From contig JAPDFW010000130.1 of NCBI GenBank assembly GCA_028826165.1, positions 1-64,000 on the forward strand: 64,000 nucleotides of DNA, read 5' to 3'. Made by a program: the position numbers and the translations under genes. Shown here one piece after another: positions 39,804 to 52,304 of the stretch. The notes beneath the pieces were generated by a model, which did not search any database, was not told the DNA's origin, and saw only the letters and a program-made list of their open reading frames with translations. Each line of letters starts with the position of its first letter. The first letter of the stretch is position 1. This stretch comes from Anaeramoeba ignava BMAN. Its lineage: Eukaryota > Protista > Anaeramoebae.

Positions 39804-42800
39804 TTAATCTCCATATTCAATCAAAATCTCATCAACACCAACATTTTGTCCGGTTTTGACATTGATTTTCTTGATAGTTGTGTCTTTCTCGCATTTAAGA
39901 AGATTTTGCATTTTCATAGCTTCAATGATGCAAAGTTCTTCACCAGCATTGACTTTATCGCCGGGTTTTTTGTCAGTAATTGAGAAGATCATACCTGGCA
40001 TGGGGGCAACAAGGAATTTAGAAGTGTCAAGAACAATTGGTTCTGGCATGAAGGGGGCAAGTTCAGCTTGTCTTTTTGTTCTGACAAAAACATCGAATTT
40101 TGTTCCGAGATGCCGGATTACAAATCCTTCTGGTTTTGGTTTGATCATCTGCAAAACAACCTTTTTGTTGTTGATTGTGGCTTTGAAAATATGGTCATCG
40201 ACAATCCAGTCAATGTCTTTGACGATGTTTTTGTTGCCGTTGGCTGTGATGATGTAGCCGTCTTTTGTCTTTTCAACGTCACAATTGTATTTTTCTTCGA
40301 GGAATTGAACAACAAATTCAGATTGAGGATCGTGTTTGAATCCTTGTAGTTTTCCGGAGATTGTGTGAGCTTTTTCTGCGCGAAGAAGATCCATAATAAT
40401 TGCGCCAGCAGCCAATTGTTCTTTTTCGTCTGGCTTTAAAACAACGCCTTTGAAACCATCTGGCCACATTTCTGGGATGTATTTTGTGGTGATTTTGCCT
40501 TCAACATAGCGCGGTTGATCGAGAATAGCGCGCAAAAATGGGATATTGTGATTGACACCTTCGATCACATAAGAATCAAGTGCTTCTTTCATTCTTTGGA
40601 TTGACTCGTTTCTTGTTTTGCCATAAGTGATCAACTTCGAGATCAATGGATCATAAAACATCGAAATTTCAGCTCCATCAATAAAGCCAGTGTCAATTCT
40701 GATCGACTTGTCTTCCGGAATTTCGGGTTCTTTGTATTTGACAAGTGTTCCGATCGAGGGCAAGAAGCCTCTTTCAGGATCTTCGGCATAAACACGACAT
40801 TCAGTTGCCCATCCATTAATGCCAATGTCGGATTGTTTTACTGACAATTTTTCTCCGGCAGCAACTCTGATCATGTGTTCGACAAGATCAAGTCCTGTCG
40901 TGTATTCAGTCACTGGATGCTCAACTTGCAATCGAGTGTTCATTTCCAAGAAGTAGAAGTTCTTATTTGGATCGACAATGAACTCGCATGTTCCGGCAGA
41001 ATTGTATTTGACAGCATGACATAACATGACAGCTTGTTCTCCCATTTTTTTTCGTGTTGCCGGATCCAAGAAAATTGACGGCGCTTCTTCAATGACTTTT
41101 TGGTTTCTTCGCTGAATTGAGCATTCACGTTCGTTGACATAGACAGCATTGCCGTAATTGTCAGCAAGCACTTGGATCTCAATATGACGTGGGTTGTCAA
41201 TGAATTTCTCAATGAAAATTCGATCGTCATCAAAAGCAGATTTTGCTTCTTCTTTAGAAAGTCGGATACCTTCTTTTGCTTCTTCATCATTCCAAGCAAC
41301 TCTCATTCCTTTTCCTCCACCGCCTCCGGCAGCTTTGATCATAATTGGATATCCAATTTGATGTGCGATTTTAAGAACTTCTTCTGGTGTGAAAACTTCT
41401 CCAACGTATCCTGGGATGACATTGACACCTGCTGCTTTTGCTATTTTTTTACTTGCAATTTTGCATCCCATTTGGTCAATTGCATCTGCGTGTGGTCCAA
41501 TGAATACCATTCCGTTGTCTGCTACTGCTTTGGAAAATTCTCGCTTCTCACTTAGAAATCCATATCCTGGATGAATTGCTTGTGCTCCTGTTTTCTTTGC
41601 TGCGTTGATGATGTTTTCAATAATGAGATAACTTTGGTTTGATGGTGCTGGTCCCTTTTATAATATAAAATAAAATAATTTAATTTAATTTAATTTAAAT
41701 TAATTTAAATTAAAATCTTATTTTATTTTATTTTATTATTTTATTTACCACTCGAACAACTTCATCAGCTTTAGCAACATGAAGTGAACTTAAATCTGCA
41801 TCAGAATAAACTCCAACAGTTTTGATTCCCATTTTTTTGGCAGTTCGCATAATTCTGCATGCGATTTCACCTCTAAATAAATTTTAATTATTAATTTAAT
41901 TATTAATTTAATTATTAATTTTATTATTAATTTAATTATTAATTTAATTATTAATTTAATTATTAATTTTATTATTAATTTTATTATTAATTTTATTATT
42001 AATTTTATTATTAATTTTATTATTAATTTTATTATTAATTTTATTATTAATTTTATTTATTAATTTTATTATTAAATTTATTATTAATTTTATTATTAAT
42101 TTTATTAATTAATTTATTATTAATTTAATTATTAATTTTATTATTAATTTAATTATTAATTTTATTATTAATTTAATTATTAATTTTATTATTAATTTAA
42201 TTATTAATTTTATTATTAATTTAATTATTAATTTTATTATTAATTTAATTATTAATTTTATTATTAATTTAATTATTAATTTTATTATTAATTTAATTAT
42301 TAATTTTATTATTAATTTTATTATTATTTTTATTATTATTTTTATTATTAAATTTATTATTAAATTTATTATTAAATTTATTATTAATTTTATTATTATT
42401 TTTATTATTATTTTTATTATTGATTTAATTATTAATTTATTATTAATTTTATTATTAATTAATTATTGATTTTAATTATTAATTAATTATTGATTTTTAA
42501 TTATTAATTAATTATTGATTTTAATTATTAATTTTTATTATTAATTTTATTATTAATTTTATTATTAATTTTATTTATTAATTTATTTATTAATTTTATT
42601 ATTAATTTTATTTATTAATTTTATTATTATTTTTATTATTAATTTTAATTATTAATTTTAATTATTAATTTAATTATTAATTTTATTATTAAATTTATTA
42701 TTAATTTTATTATTAATTTTAATTATTAATTTTATTATTAAATTAATTATTAAATTTATTATTAATTTTATTATTAAATTTATTATGATTTTAATTATTA

Positions 42801-43071
42801 AATTAATTATTAATTTTATTATTAATTTTATTATTAATTAATTATTAAATTTATTATTAAATTAATTGTTGATTTTAATTATTAAAAAATTGCTTATTTT
42901 CATCGTCATCATTATGGTAAAAAAAAATCAAATTAATTTTAATTGGAATTTTGTTAAAAAAAAAGGCGTATTATTTTTTTAAAAAAAAATTTCAGAACAT
43001 TACCTATTGGCAACTAAGATCTTATCGAAAACTGGTTTGGTTGCAAATGAACGAATGAATTGTTTTGACAT
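39804..43071 (-). CDS. PCCA: Propionyl-CoA carboxylase alpha subunit (biotin carboxylase + biotin carrier)
   Basis: Exons 43071-43004 ([23 protein letters not shown]), 41872-41749 and 41654-39804. Motifs [43 protein letters not shown] and the biotin site EAMKM. Confidence 0.9.
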
Positions 43072-43905
43072 TAGCTTATTTATTAGATCAAAATATTTTT
43101 TTATTAAAATTTTTATTTTTATTTTTGTTATTAGATTTAATTGTATTATTAATTAAACAAAAAAAAAGAAGGAAAGATCAATATTTAATAAAGAATAAGA
43201 ATTCCAAATTAATTTTTATTTATTTTTTTGTGATTTTTTTTTATAAAATTAAAATTTAGAAAAGATGAAGTGGAAATTATTTTTTTTTTTATAAATTAAA
43301 ATTATAAAGAATAAAAAAAAAGAGAAAAAATATAAAGAAAGCAATTTTAACTTACTTCAATTCAAAAGGAAATTGAAAAATGAAAAAAGAAATTTTAAAA
43401 AAAAAATTTTTTTTAATTAATTTTTAATTTAATTTTTTAATTAATTTTTTAATTTAATTTTTAATTAATTTTTAATTTATTTAAATTGGTTTTTTTTTAT
43501 TTAAATTTTTAATTAAAAAAAGAGAAAAAAAAAAATTTTTTTTTATTTTATTTATTTTTTATTTTTTTTGTTTTGATCAAATAAAAAATTAATAAAAAAA
43601 TAAATAAAAAAAAGAAGAAAAAAAGAAGAAAAAAAGAAAAAGGAGAAAATTAATTATTTATTTATTTATTATTCTTCTTTTTTATTCTCAATTAAATTTT
43701 TCAATTACGTTCCTCTTTTTTTTTTTTAATTTTTATTTCTTTTATTTCTTTTAATTTAAATTTCCTTTTTCCTTTTTTTTTTATTGATTTACTTTTTGAT
43801 TGAAAGAAAGAAAGTAAAAAGATTTGAAAAAGAAAAAAAAAAGGGAAAAGAAAAATCAAAAAGATTTGAAAAAGCAAAAAAAAATTAAAGTGAAAAATTT
43901 CAAAT

Positions 43906-46900
43906 TCATTTCTTTTTTGGTTTAAAACGTAAAATTGGATTTCTTGCAGCTAAAGATTCATTTAATCTTTTAACTGGAGTTGCTTGAGGAGCTTGTTGGA
44001 ATTCTTCTGCAGCTTTTCCTGATAAAGCATGTTTTGCTAAATTTAACATTGCATCACAATATTCATCTAATGTTTCAATTGATTCGGATTCTGTTGGTTC
44101 CATTAGCATTGCTCCATGAACTACTAATGGGAAATACATTGTCATTGGATGTAATCCTAAAATATTATTTTTAAATGAAAATTGATTAATTTATAAATAT
44201 AATTTTAAATATAATTATAAATCTAAATCTAATTTTAAATCTATTTTTAAATATATTTTTAAATCTATTTATAAATCTAATTTTAAATCTATTTTTAAAT
44301 CTATTTTTAAATTTATTTTTAAATCTATTTCTAAATTTATTTTTAAATATATTTTTAAATCTATTTTTAAATCTATTTTTAAATTTATTTATAAATCTAA
44401 TTATAAATTTATTTTTAAATTTATTTTTAAATTTATTTTTAAATTTATTTTTAAATTTAATTTTAAATTTATTTTTAAATTTATTTTTAAATCTATTTTT
44501 AAATTTATTTTTAAATCTAATTTTTAAATATATTTTTAAATTTATTTTTAAATCTAATTTTTAAATATATTTTTAAATCTAATTTTAAATCTATTTTTAA
44601 ATCTATTTTTAAATCTAATTATAAATTTATTTTTAAATCTATTTTTAAATTTATTTTAAATCTATTTATAAATCTATTTTTAAATCTATTTTTAAATCTA
44701 TTTATAAATCTATTTTTAAATCTATTTTTAAATCTATTTTTAAATTTATTTTTAAATCTATTATTAAATTTATTTTTAAATCTAATTTTAAATTTATTTA
44801 TAAATTTATTTTTAAATCTATTATTAAATTTATTTATAAATTTATTTATAAATCTATTTTTAAATTTATGTTTAATTTTAAATCTAATTTTTAAATCTAA
44901 TTTTAAATTTATTTATAAATTTATTTTTAAATCTAATTCTAAATCTAATTTTAAATTTATTTTTAAATCTAATTTATAAATCTAATTTTAAATCTATTTA
45001 TAAATCTAATTTTAAATTTATTTTTAAATTTAATTTTAAATCTATTTTTAAATTTATTTTTAAATCTATTTTTAAATCTATTTTTAAATCTAATTATAAA
45101 TTTATTTTTAAATTTATTTTTAAATTTATTTTTAAATCTATTATTAAATTTATTTTTAAATTTATTTTTAAATTTATTTTTAAATATAATTTTAAATCTA
45201 ATTTATAAATCTAATTTTAAATCTAAATTTAAATCTATTTATAAATTTATTTTTAAATCTAATTTTTAAATCTAATTTTAAATCTAATTTTAAATTTATT
45301 TATAAATTTATTTTTAAATTTATTTTTAAATTTATTTATAAATCTATTTCTAAATCTATTTTTAAATTTATTTTTAAATCTATTTTTAAATTTATTTTTA
45401 AATCTATTTTTAAATCTATTTTTAAATCTAATTTTAAATTTATTTATAAATCTATTTATAAATTTAATTTTAAATTTAATTTTAAATTTAATTTTAAATT
45501 TAATTTTAAATTTAATTTTAAATTTATTTTTAAATCTATTTTTAAATATATTTATAAATCTATTTTTAAATCTATTTTTAAATTTATTTTTAAATCTATT
45601 TTTAAATCTATTTTTAAATTTATTTTTAAATTTATTTATAAATCTAATTTTAAATATAATTTTAAATCTATTTTTAAATTTATTTTTAAATTTATTTTTA
45701 AATTTATTTTTAAATCTATTTTTAAATCTATTTCTAAATCTAATTTTAAATCTAATTTTAAATCTAATTTTAAATCTAATTTATAAATCTATTTTTAAAT
45801 CTAATTATAAATCTATTTCTAAATCTAATTTTAAATCTAATTTTAAATCTAATTTTTAAATCTATTTTTAAATTTAATTTTAAACAATTTCGAACCTGAA
45901 TCAATCATTGCTTTTGCAATATCAAGTGTTGTAACACCTGTTCCTTTTAAGAATTTATCTGAAAAAACAACTTCATGCATACAAGTTTGTCCTGGGAAAG
46001 CAGGTGAAAAAACAGATTCTAATCTTTTTCTAATATAATTTGCATTTAAAACAGCATCACCACCAACAGAAACCAAACCATTTCCAAAAGAAAGAATATA
46101 AGCCAAAGCTCTTGCAATAACTCCCTAATAATAATAATAAATAAAATATTAATTAAAATATTAATTAAAATATTAATGAAAATATTAATGAAAATATTAT
46201 TTAAAATATTAATTAAAATATTATTTAAAATATTAATTAAAATATTATTGAAAATATTATTGAAAATATTAATTAAAATATTATTTAAAATATTATTGAA
46301 AATATTATTGAAAATATTATTGAAAATATTATTTAAAATATTATTGAAAATATTATTTAAAATATTATTGAAAATATTATTTAAAATATTATTGAAAATA
46401 TTATTTAAAATATTATTGAAAATATTATTTAAAATATTATTGAAAATATTATTTAAAATATTAATTAAAATATTATTTAAAATATTAATTAAAATATTAA
46501 TTGAAAATATTAATTCAATAAATTGGATTAATCTCATTCTCTTCCTTAATTAAAAGGTTTGAAATAAAAATATAATATAATATAATATAAATGAAGGTAT
46601 TATACGGATTGACCGAAATAAGCTTTGACACGACCCAAAGAATTATTATCAGAATCTTTTTCAATAACTTTAAAACTATCACCTTGTTTGATAACATAAG
46701 GAAGAGGAGCATATTTAGCCAATCTCTCTGAGAAAACAACAGGACCACTTCCTGGACCACCGCCACCATGTGGAGTTGAGAAAGTTTTATGTAAATTAAT
46801 ATGCATAGCATCAACTCCCATTTTTTCAATACTTGCTCTTCCTAAAAGAGCATTTAAATTGGCTCCATCCATATAGAAATATGATCCGTTTTTGTGAAGT

Positions 46901-48495
46901 AGATCTGAAATTTGTATAATGTCTTTTTCAAAGATGCCGCAGGTGTTTGGGTTTGTAAGCATCATTCCTGCAACATCTGGTTTGAGATTTCTTTTTAAAT
47001 CTTCAATATCAACTATTCCTTTATCTGTTGTCTTGATTTCTCTTACTTTAAATCCACACATAGCTGTTGTTGCTGGATTTGTTCCATGTGCAGCATCAGG
47101 AACTAAGATTATCTACAAAGATAAAAATATTTTTTTTTTGAAATGAAAAATTTTCTTTCTTTTTTCTTTCTTTTTTCTTTTTTCTTTTACTTTTCGATCT
47201 TTTTCTCCAGTTTTAAACATTGCTTGTGAAATTGCCATAATTCCACAAAGTTCTCCATGTGCTCCAGCAGCAGGACTTAATGTAACTGCTTTCATTCCTG
47301 TAATTGCTAATAAACATTCTGCAAGTGTGTGAAGGATTTCCAAACTAAAAAATTTAAAATATAAATATAAATATAAATATAAATATAAATATAAATATAA
47401 ATATAAATATAAATATAAATATAAATATAAATATAAATATAAATATAAATATAATTATAAATATAAATATAAATATTTAAATAATTATAAATATAAATAT
47501 AAATATAAATATAAATATAAATATAAATATAAATATAAATATAAATATAAATATAAATATAAATATAAATATAAATATAATTATAAATATAAATATAAAT
47601 ATAAATATAAATATAAATATAAATATAAATATAAATATAAATATAAATATAAATATAAATATAAATATAAATATAAATATTTAAATAATTATAAATATAA
47701 ATATAAATATTTAAATAATTATAAATATAAATATAAATATTTAAATAAGTATAAATATAAATATATAAATATAAATATAAATATAAATATAAATATTTAA
47801 ATAAATATAAATTTATTTTTGTTTATAATTTTGTTGATAAATTTTTTACCTTCCTTGAATTGTTTGTTCAGGTTGAAAAGGATGTGAATTTACAAATTTT
47901 GGAATTCTTGCAACAACTTCATTAATTCTTGGATTATATTTCATAGTACAAGAACCCAAAGGATAAATTCCAGTATCAATTCCATAATTTTTTTGAGAAA
48001 GTCTTAAATAATGTCTAAACAAAAAATTTATAAGTAAAAATTTATAAGTAAATTTCCTTTTTTAAAAAATTTACCTGACAACTTGATTTTCTGATAAAGA
48101 TGGTAATCCAATTTTGTTTCTTGTTAATCCTTTCAATAAATTCTCTTTTGGTTCTTCAAAATCTTCTAAATCAACTCCTTTTACATTTTCTCTGTCTTGT
48201 TCAAAAAGTAAAGGTTCTTTAATTGAAAGTCCAACTGATTTTTTGTATTGATTTTAATTTAAAAAAGTTTTTAAGTTAATTTTTTTATTTGATTTTTCTG
48301 ATTCATCATTTTTATTTTTTATTTTTATTTTTTAATTGAAAAAAAATAGAAAAATTTTTGCTTTTTTTTTCTTTCTTTTTTTCTTTTGTTTTTGTTTTTT
48401 TTTTATTCACTTTTTGGTAAAGATTTTGTATTAGAAAATAAACAAGATAGTAATTGACTATTTTGATTAAGTTTTTGTGTAATATTGCTTAACAT
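43906..48495 (-). CDS. gcvPB: Glycine cleavage system P protein subunit 2 (split-type glycine decarboxylase beta)
   Basis: Exons 48495-48411, 48234-48075, 48014-47850, 47344-47191, 47112-46606, 46124-45896 and 44156-43906. Motifs [46 protein letters not shown] (PLP Lys) and MEPTESES. Leader begins MLS. Confidence 0.9.
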
Positions 48496-48701
48496 TTGAT
48501 GAAATTAAAATTTATTTTTATTTTTTCTTTTAATTTTTTGTTGAATTAATTTTGATTTTTTAGAAAAGAAAAAAATGAAAAAATAAAAAAATGAAAAAAA
48601 TAAAAAAATAAAATAAAAATTACTAATTTTTGTTGTTTTTATTTTTGTTCCACTTTTATCTAAAAATAAAAATAATAATATTCAAGAATAAATTAAATAC
48701 A

Positions 48702-51700
48702 TTAATCCCATTTTTTTTTCTTTCTCAAAATATTAAATCCATTTGCTCCAGAAAAACCTATTTGACACAAATCACAAACGGAACAAATTTGACGATCAAA
48801 TTGTGGAAAATAATTCGATCCACAAAAAGGACATTTTCGAGAAGAATTTGAATTATAAATGGGACGCAAAGAATAACAGCAAATAACAAAAGAATTATTT
48901 GTGTTGTAATCAAGTTTATATTTATTAGATTTATTCTTTTCACACAAAGAGATAATTTTTTTCACCTTTTGGATAAATTGAATATCTGTATTGAATTCTA
49001 ATAAACGCTTTGCAAATACAAGCGCATCCAAATAATTCTGCATTTTTGCGCATAAAAACATTGCAGAACGAAGAGCAAGAACAAGATGCTCTGGCTGAAT
49101 CTTGCAATGTGTAAAATAGCAAATCATTTCTAAACTTCGAGTTGGATCTATTTGTGATTTTTCTTTTTTCTCAATTTCTAACTTGAATGCAATTATATAT
49201 TCTCGACACATTTTGATAATTTTCTTGATCTTTTTAATATCAGAAATTTCATCAACAACAACTAAAGGAATTTGGTGTAAAATTTCTTGGAAAATCTTCA
49301 AACTTTGTGAAAATTTTCCTTGAGTTGTGAGACTTAAAGCTTGATTTAATAAGTTTTCCAAAGATTGCTTATTAATAACTTGCTTAGAAAAATGATTTCC
49401 ATTCAAGATGTTTGATTCAAATTGTGGAATGATAATTGGATTTATATTTGGAAATCCTTGCAAAGTATTGTTTGCACCTAAAAAACTTGATAAAAAATAT
49501 TTTTTCATTGGTGAAAAATTTATTACACCAAATTGAGTATTAAGAATCTTCATTGATTCGTTGAATAATCCAAGTGTTGCTAATTCTCCAGGAGTTTCTG
49601 TGTTCATAATGAGGTTTTCATTTGGATATTCTTTATGTAATGGAGGAATATAAATTAATTTTTCATTTTCATCAATATCAATAATATTTTCAATAATATT
49701 TTCATTATCATTTTCATCAATATTAAAAATATTTTCATCAATTTCAATATCGTTATAATTTTCATTTTCAATTTCAATATCTTTTTCTATCATTGATTCA
49801 AAACTCAATAAAGGCCAATTTTTTGGTGAACTAATTACAAAAGGTGGTTTTAAAAGAAATTTTTGAGTTGGAAAAAAATTTGGAATTTTTTTGTTTTTCA
49901 AACGAAATAATTCCTCAATTTCCTTCGCCTTTTCTTCAATACCATAAGTTTTTGCAGTTAAATAAGCATAAATAAGTTGATTTGATGATATTAACAATTG
50001 TATTCTTTGTTCAATATTTCCTGTCATTAAAGACACTTGAAATTGAAGAGAAGTTTCTTTGAAAAGTTGAGAAGAATTGGATTCATTTTGAGTTTTCTGC
50101 ATTTGGCCTGTAATAGCGCTAAGAAATAAAAACTTTCTTCCATCTCCTTGTCTAAAATAACTACGTTCAGCAATTTCAATATTTCCTTGTTCAATCGCAT
50201 TTTTTGATAATATTTTCCATAATTCTTTTTGATTTATTATTTCCGCAAATTTTTCCGCCATAAAAAGATCTCCAGAATCAATCGCAAATGTAAATCTAAG
50301 CTGTGGAATTTCTGTGAGATGAAGCGCAATTTCAGAGAGATGATGCTGTTGAAGAAACATCACAATTGCTTTTCCTGGGAATTTTGAATTTTTCACAATT
50401 TCCAAAATTTTTTGCTTGTTTTTCTCAAGAGCCGATGCTTTTAGTTCAAAATCTGTTTCGTTGATCTTTACAAAATTGATTTCTGAATTGTGATCCAAAT
50501 AGTAAATTTTTGAATTGGAAAAAAAGCAAAGATAAACAGGTTTGGTAATTGTTTGGATGATTGCGGTATCTCCATTGAGTAAACCGTATTTCAAATGATC
50601 ATAAGTTGAATATAGAATAACATGAGAAGAAGTCCATATCATGCTTTTGATTCTGAAAGTTTCAATAATAATTGCTTTTTTCTGAAATTTTTTGTTATAA
50701 ATGAAAATTGAGTTTTTGGAAACTAACGCAAAATATAAGTTGTCTTTCGACCAGAAAACTTGTCTAATATTCTTTGCATCGATTAACCCAGTCGTGCATT
50801 TTGTTTGAAGATCATATCGCAAGATTTGGGAGGGTGTTGCTAATAGAAAAGATCCTGTATCGGCTGGGAAAAGAGCGCAAGATGAAGGATCACAATCCTG
50901 AATATTTTTATTTCCTGAATTGACAAGAATATCTGTTATTGATATTGCGAGTGTTTCTTGTGTGTCAACATTCCTGAGAAAGATGTTATCGTTGTGGATT
51001 GAAATGAACTTATTTCGAGAAACCCAAACACTAGATCGACCAATTTGTAAATTTGACAGTTTTTTTTGTAAACAAGAAAATAATAAGAATTTTTGTTTGG
51101 ATTGAATCAAAAGCATTTCTGATGAAGGATTATATTGCAAACTGTGAATATTTGAGATATCCAATTTCTTTGAAATGCGAACCATTCGTTGTTCTATGTC
51201 TGTTTTAAAATTGAATCTTAATATTCTGGCATCACGATAAAAAAATAGATTTTCAGAAGAAAAACAAAAGGGAGATTTTTGACTCTTTAATTTAAACACA
51301 ACAAGACCACGATCATTTCCAGTTGCGAATATATTCTGTGTTGGATGAGCATCCAGACACCAGTGCTTGTTGTTTTTTGTATTGAAAACAACTGAAGAAT
51401 TTTTATTTTCAATGTTCCAAACACGAAGAGAAAAGTCTTCAGAATTTGACAATATCAGATCCTCTTTGGGATGGAACACAACAGACGAGACACAGGCGTT
51501 ATGACCGGAGAAAGTAGCAGCAACCCATGCCTTGTACTCAGATAATCTCCACAGTTTTATTTTATTGTCATCGGAACATGAGACAACAAGCGGGAAAGAA
51601 GGATGAAAACTCGCCCAATTAACCCCCATTTCGTGATCTTCAAGAATAAATTTCGGTTCTACATCAGATGGCCCAAACATGTCTGTGGGAAGTCCCATTA

Positions 51701-52277
51701 AAGAAGGTGTCATTTCCATAGAAAAATTGTCAGGATCATCCACACTTATATCGTTATTTCGGGAAAATTTTTGTTTTAATCCAGTGATGTCCCAGATGAT
51801 AATGGTCCCATCCAAGGAGGCAGAAAGAAGCGTATTCATTCTCGGATGGAATTCAACATGTGTGACGATATTGTTATGTCGAACGAGTATGGCAATACAC
51901 GATCTGTTTTGGAAGTTCCATATTCTCACTGACATATCATCAGAAGAGGACACAACCCAAGGCTGCTCGCTGTGGAAGTGAACACTCCGGATAATATCTG
52001 TATGACCCTTTAGGCTGAATTGTAATTTCTTGTTCTGGTAGTTCCAAATTTTTACTAATTTGTCATCTCCACCTGTCACAAATAGTGGCAATGTTTTATG
52101 GAAATTAACTCCTCTAACACTCCCTTTTGTTGCTTGAAATTCTTCATATTTATATTTGTGAATGTAATCCCATATCTCAATTTTACCATTACTTAATCCA
52201 CAAAGAATCCAAGATCGAGTTGGATGAAATGATAATGTTTTTACTGTTTTTGATTTTGTTTTAAATTTGATTTTCAT
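48702..52277 (-). CDS. COPA: Coatomer subunit alpha (alpha-COP), intronless and divergent
   Basis: 1191-aa ORF. N-terminal WD40 repeats (FHPTRSWIL, FVTGGDD, GVNWASFHP). C-terminal region includes YFTHCKIQPEH..LALRSAM and the Cys cluster CPFCG...CSVC. Confidence 0.93.
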   Translation of the reverse strand: MKIKFKTKSKTVKTLSFHPTRSWILCGLSNGKIEIWDYIHKYKYEEFQATKGSVRGVNFHKTLPLFVTGGDDKLVKIWNYQNKKLQFSLKGHTDIIRSVHFHSEQPWVVSSSDDMSVRIWNFQNRSCIAILVRHNNIVTHVEFHPRMNTLLSASLDGTIIIWDITGLKQKFSRNNDISVDDPDNFSMEMTPSLMGLPTDMFGPSDVEPKFILEDHEMGVNWASFHPSFPLVVSCSDDNKIKLWRLSEYKAWVAATFSGHNACVSSVVFHPKEDLILSNSEDFSLRVWNIENKNSSVVFNTKNNKHWCLDAHPTQNIFATGNDRGLVVFKLKSQKSPFCFSSENLFFYRDARILRFNFKTDIEQRMVRISKKLDISNIHSLQYNPSSEMLLIQSKQKFLLFSCLQKKLSNLQIGRSSVWVSRNKFISIHNDNIFLRNVDTQETLAISITDILVNSGNKNIQDCDPSSCALFPADTGSFLLATPSQILRYDLQTKCTTGLIDAKNIRQVFWSKDNLYFALVSKNSIFIYNKKFQKKAIIIETFRIKSMIWTSSHVILYSTYDHLKYGLLNGDTAIIQTITKPVYLCFFSNSKIYYLDHNSEINFVKINETDFELKASALEKNKQKILEIVKNSKFPGKAIVMFLQQHHLSEIALHLTEIPQLRFTFAIDSGDLFMAEKFAEIINQKELWKILSKNAIEQGNIEIAERSYFRQGDGRKFLFLSAITGQMQKTQNESNSSQLFKETSLQFQVSLMTGNIEQRIQLLISSNQLIYAYLTAKTYGIEEKAKEIEELFRLKNKKIPNFFPTQKFLLKPPFVISSPKNWPLLSFESMIEKDIEIENENYNDIEIDENIFNIDENDNENIIENIIDIDENEKLIYIPPLHKEYPNENLIMNTETPGELATLGLFNESMKILNTQFGVINFSPMKKYFLSSFLGANNTLQGFPNINPIIIPQFESNILNGNHFSKQVINKQSLENLLNQALSLTTQGKFSQSLKIFQEILHQIPLVVVDEISDIKKIKKIIKMCREYIIAFKLEIEKKEKSQIDPTRSLEMICYFTHCKIQPEHLVLALRSAMFLCAKMQNYLDALVFAKRLLEFNTDIQFIQKVKKIISLCEKNKSNKYKLDYNTNNSFVICCYSLRPIYNSNSSRKCPFCGSNYFPQFDRQICSVCDLCQIGFSGANGFNILRKKKKWD

Positions 52278-52304
52278 TTATTTATTTACAACAAAAGAAA
52301 AGGA

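Noticed and set aside
39856-41574. Plus-strand ORFs overlapping PCCA, and similar antisense ORFs over COPA, A2M and MTR4
   Set aside because: They are shadows of GC-richer coding sequence with no recognisable motifs.
42895-42920. Box C-like ATGATGA in PCCA intron 1 (minus strand), and another near 48303-48309
   Set aside because: No downstream box D or terminal stem.
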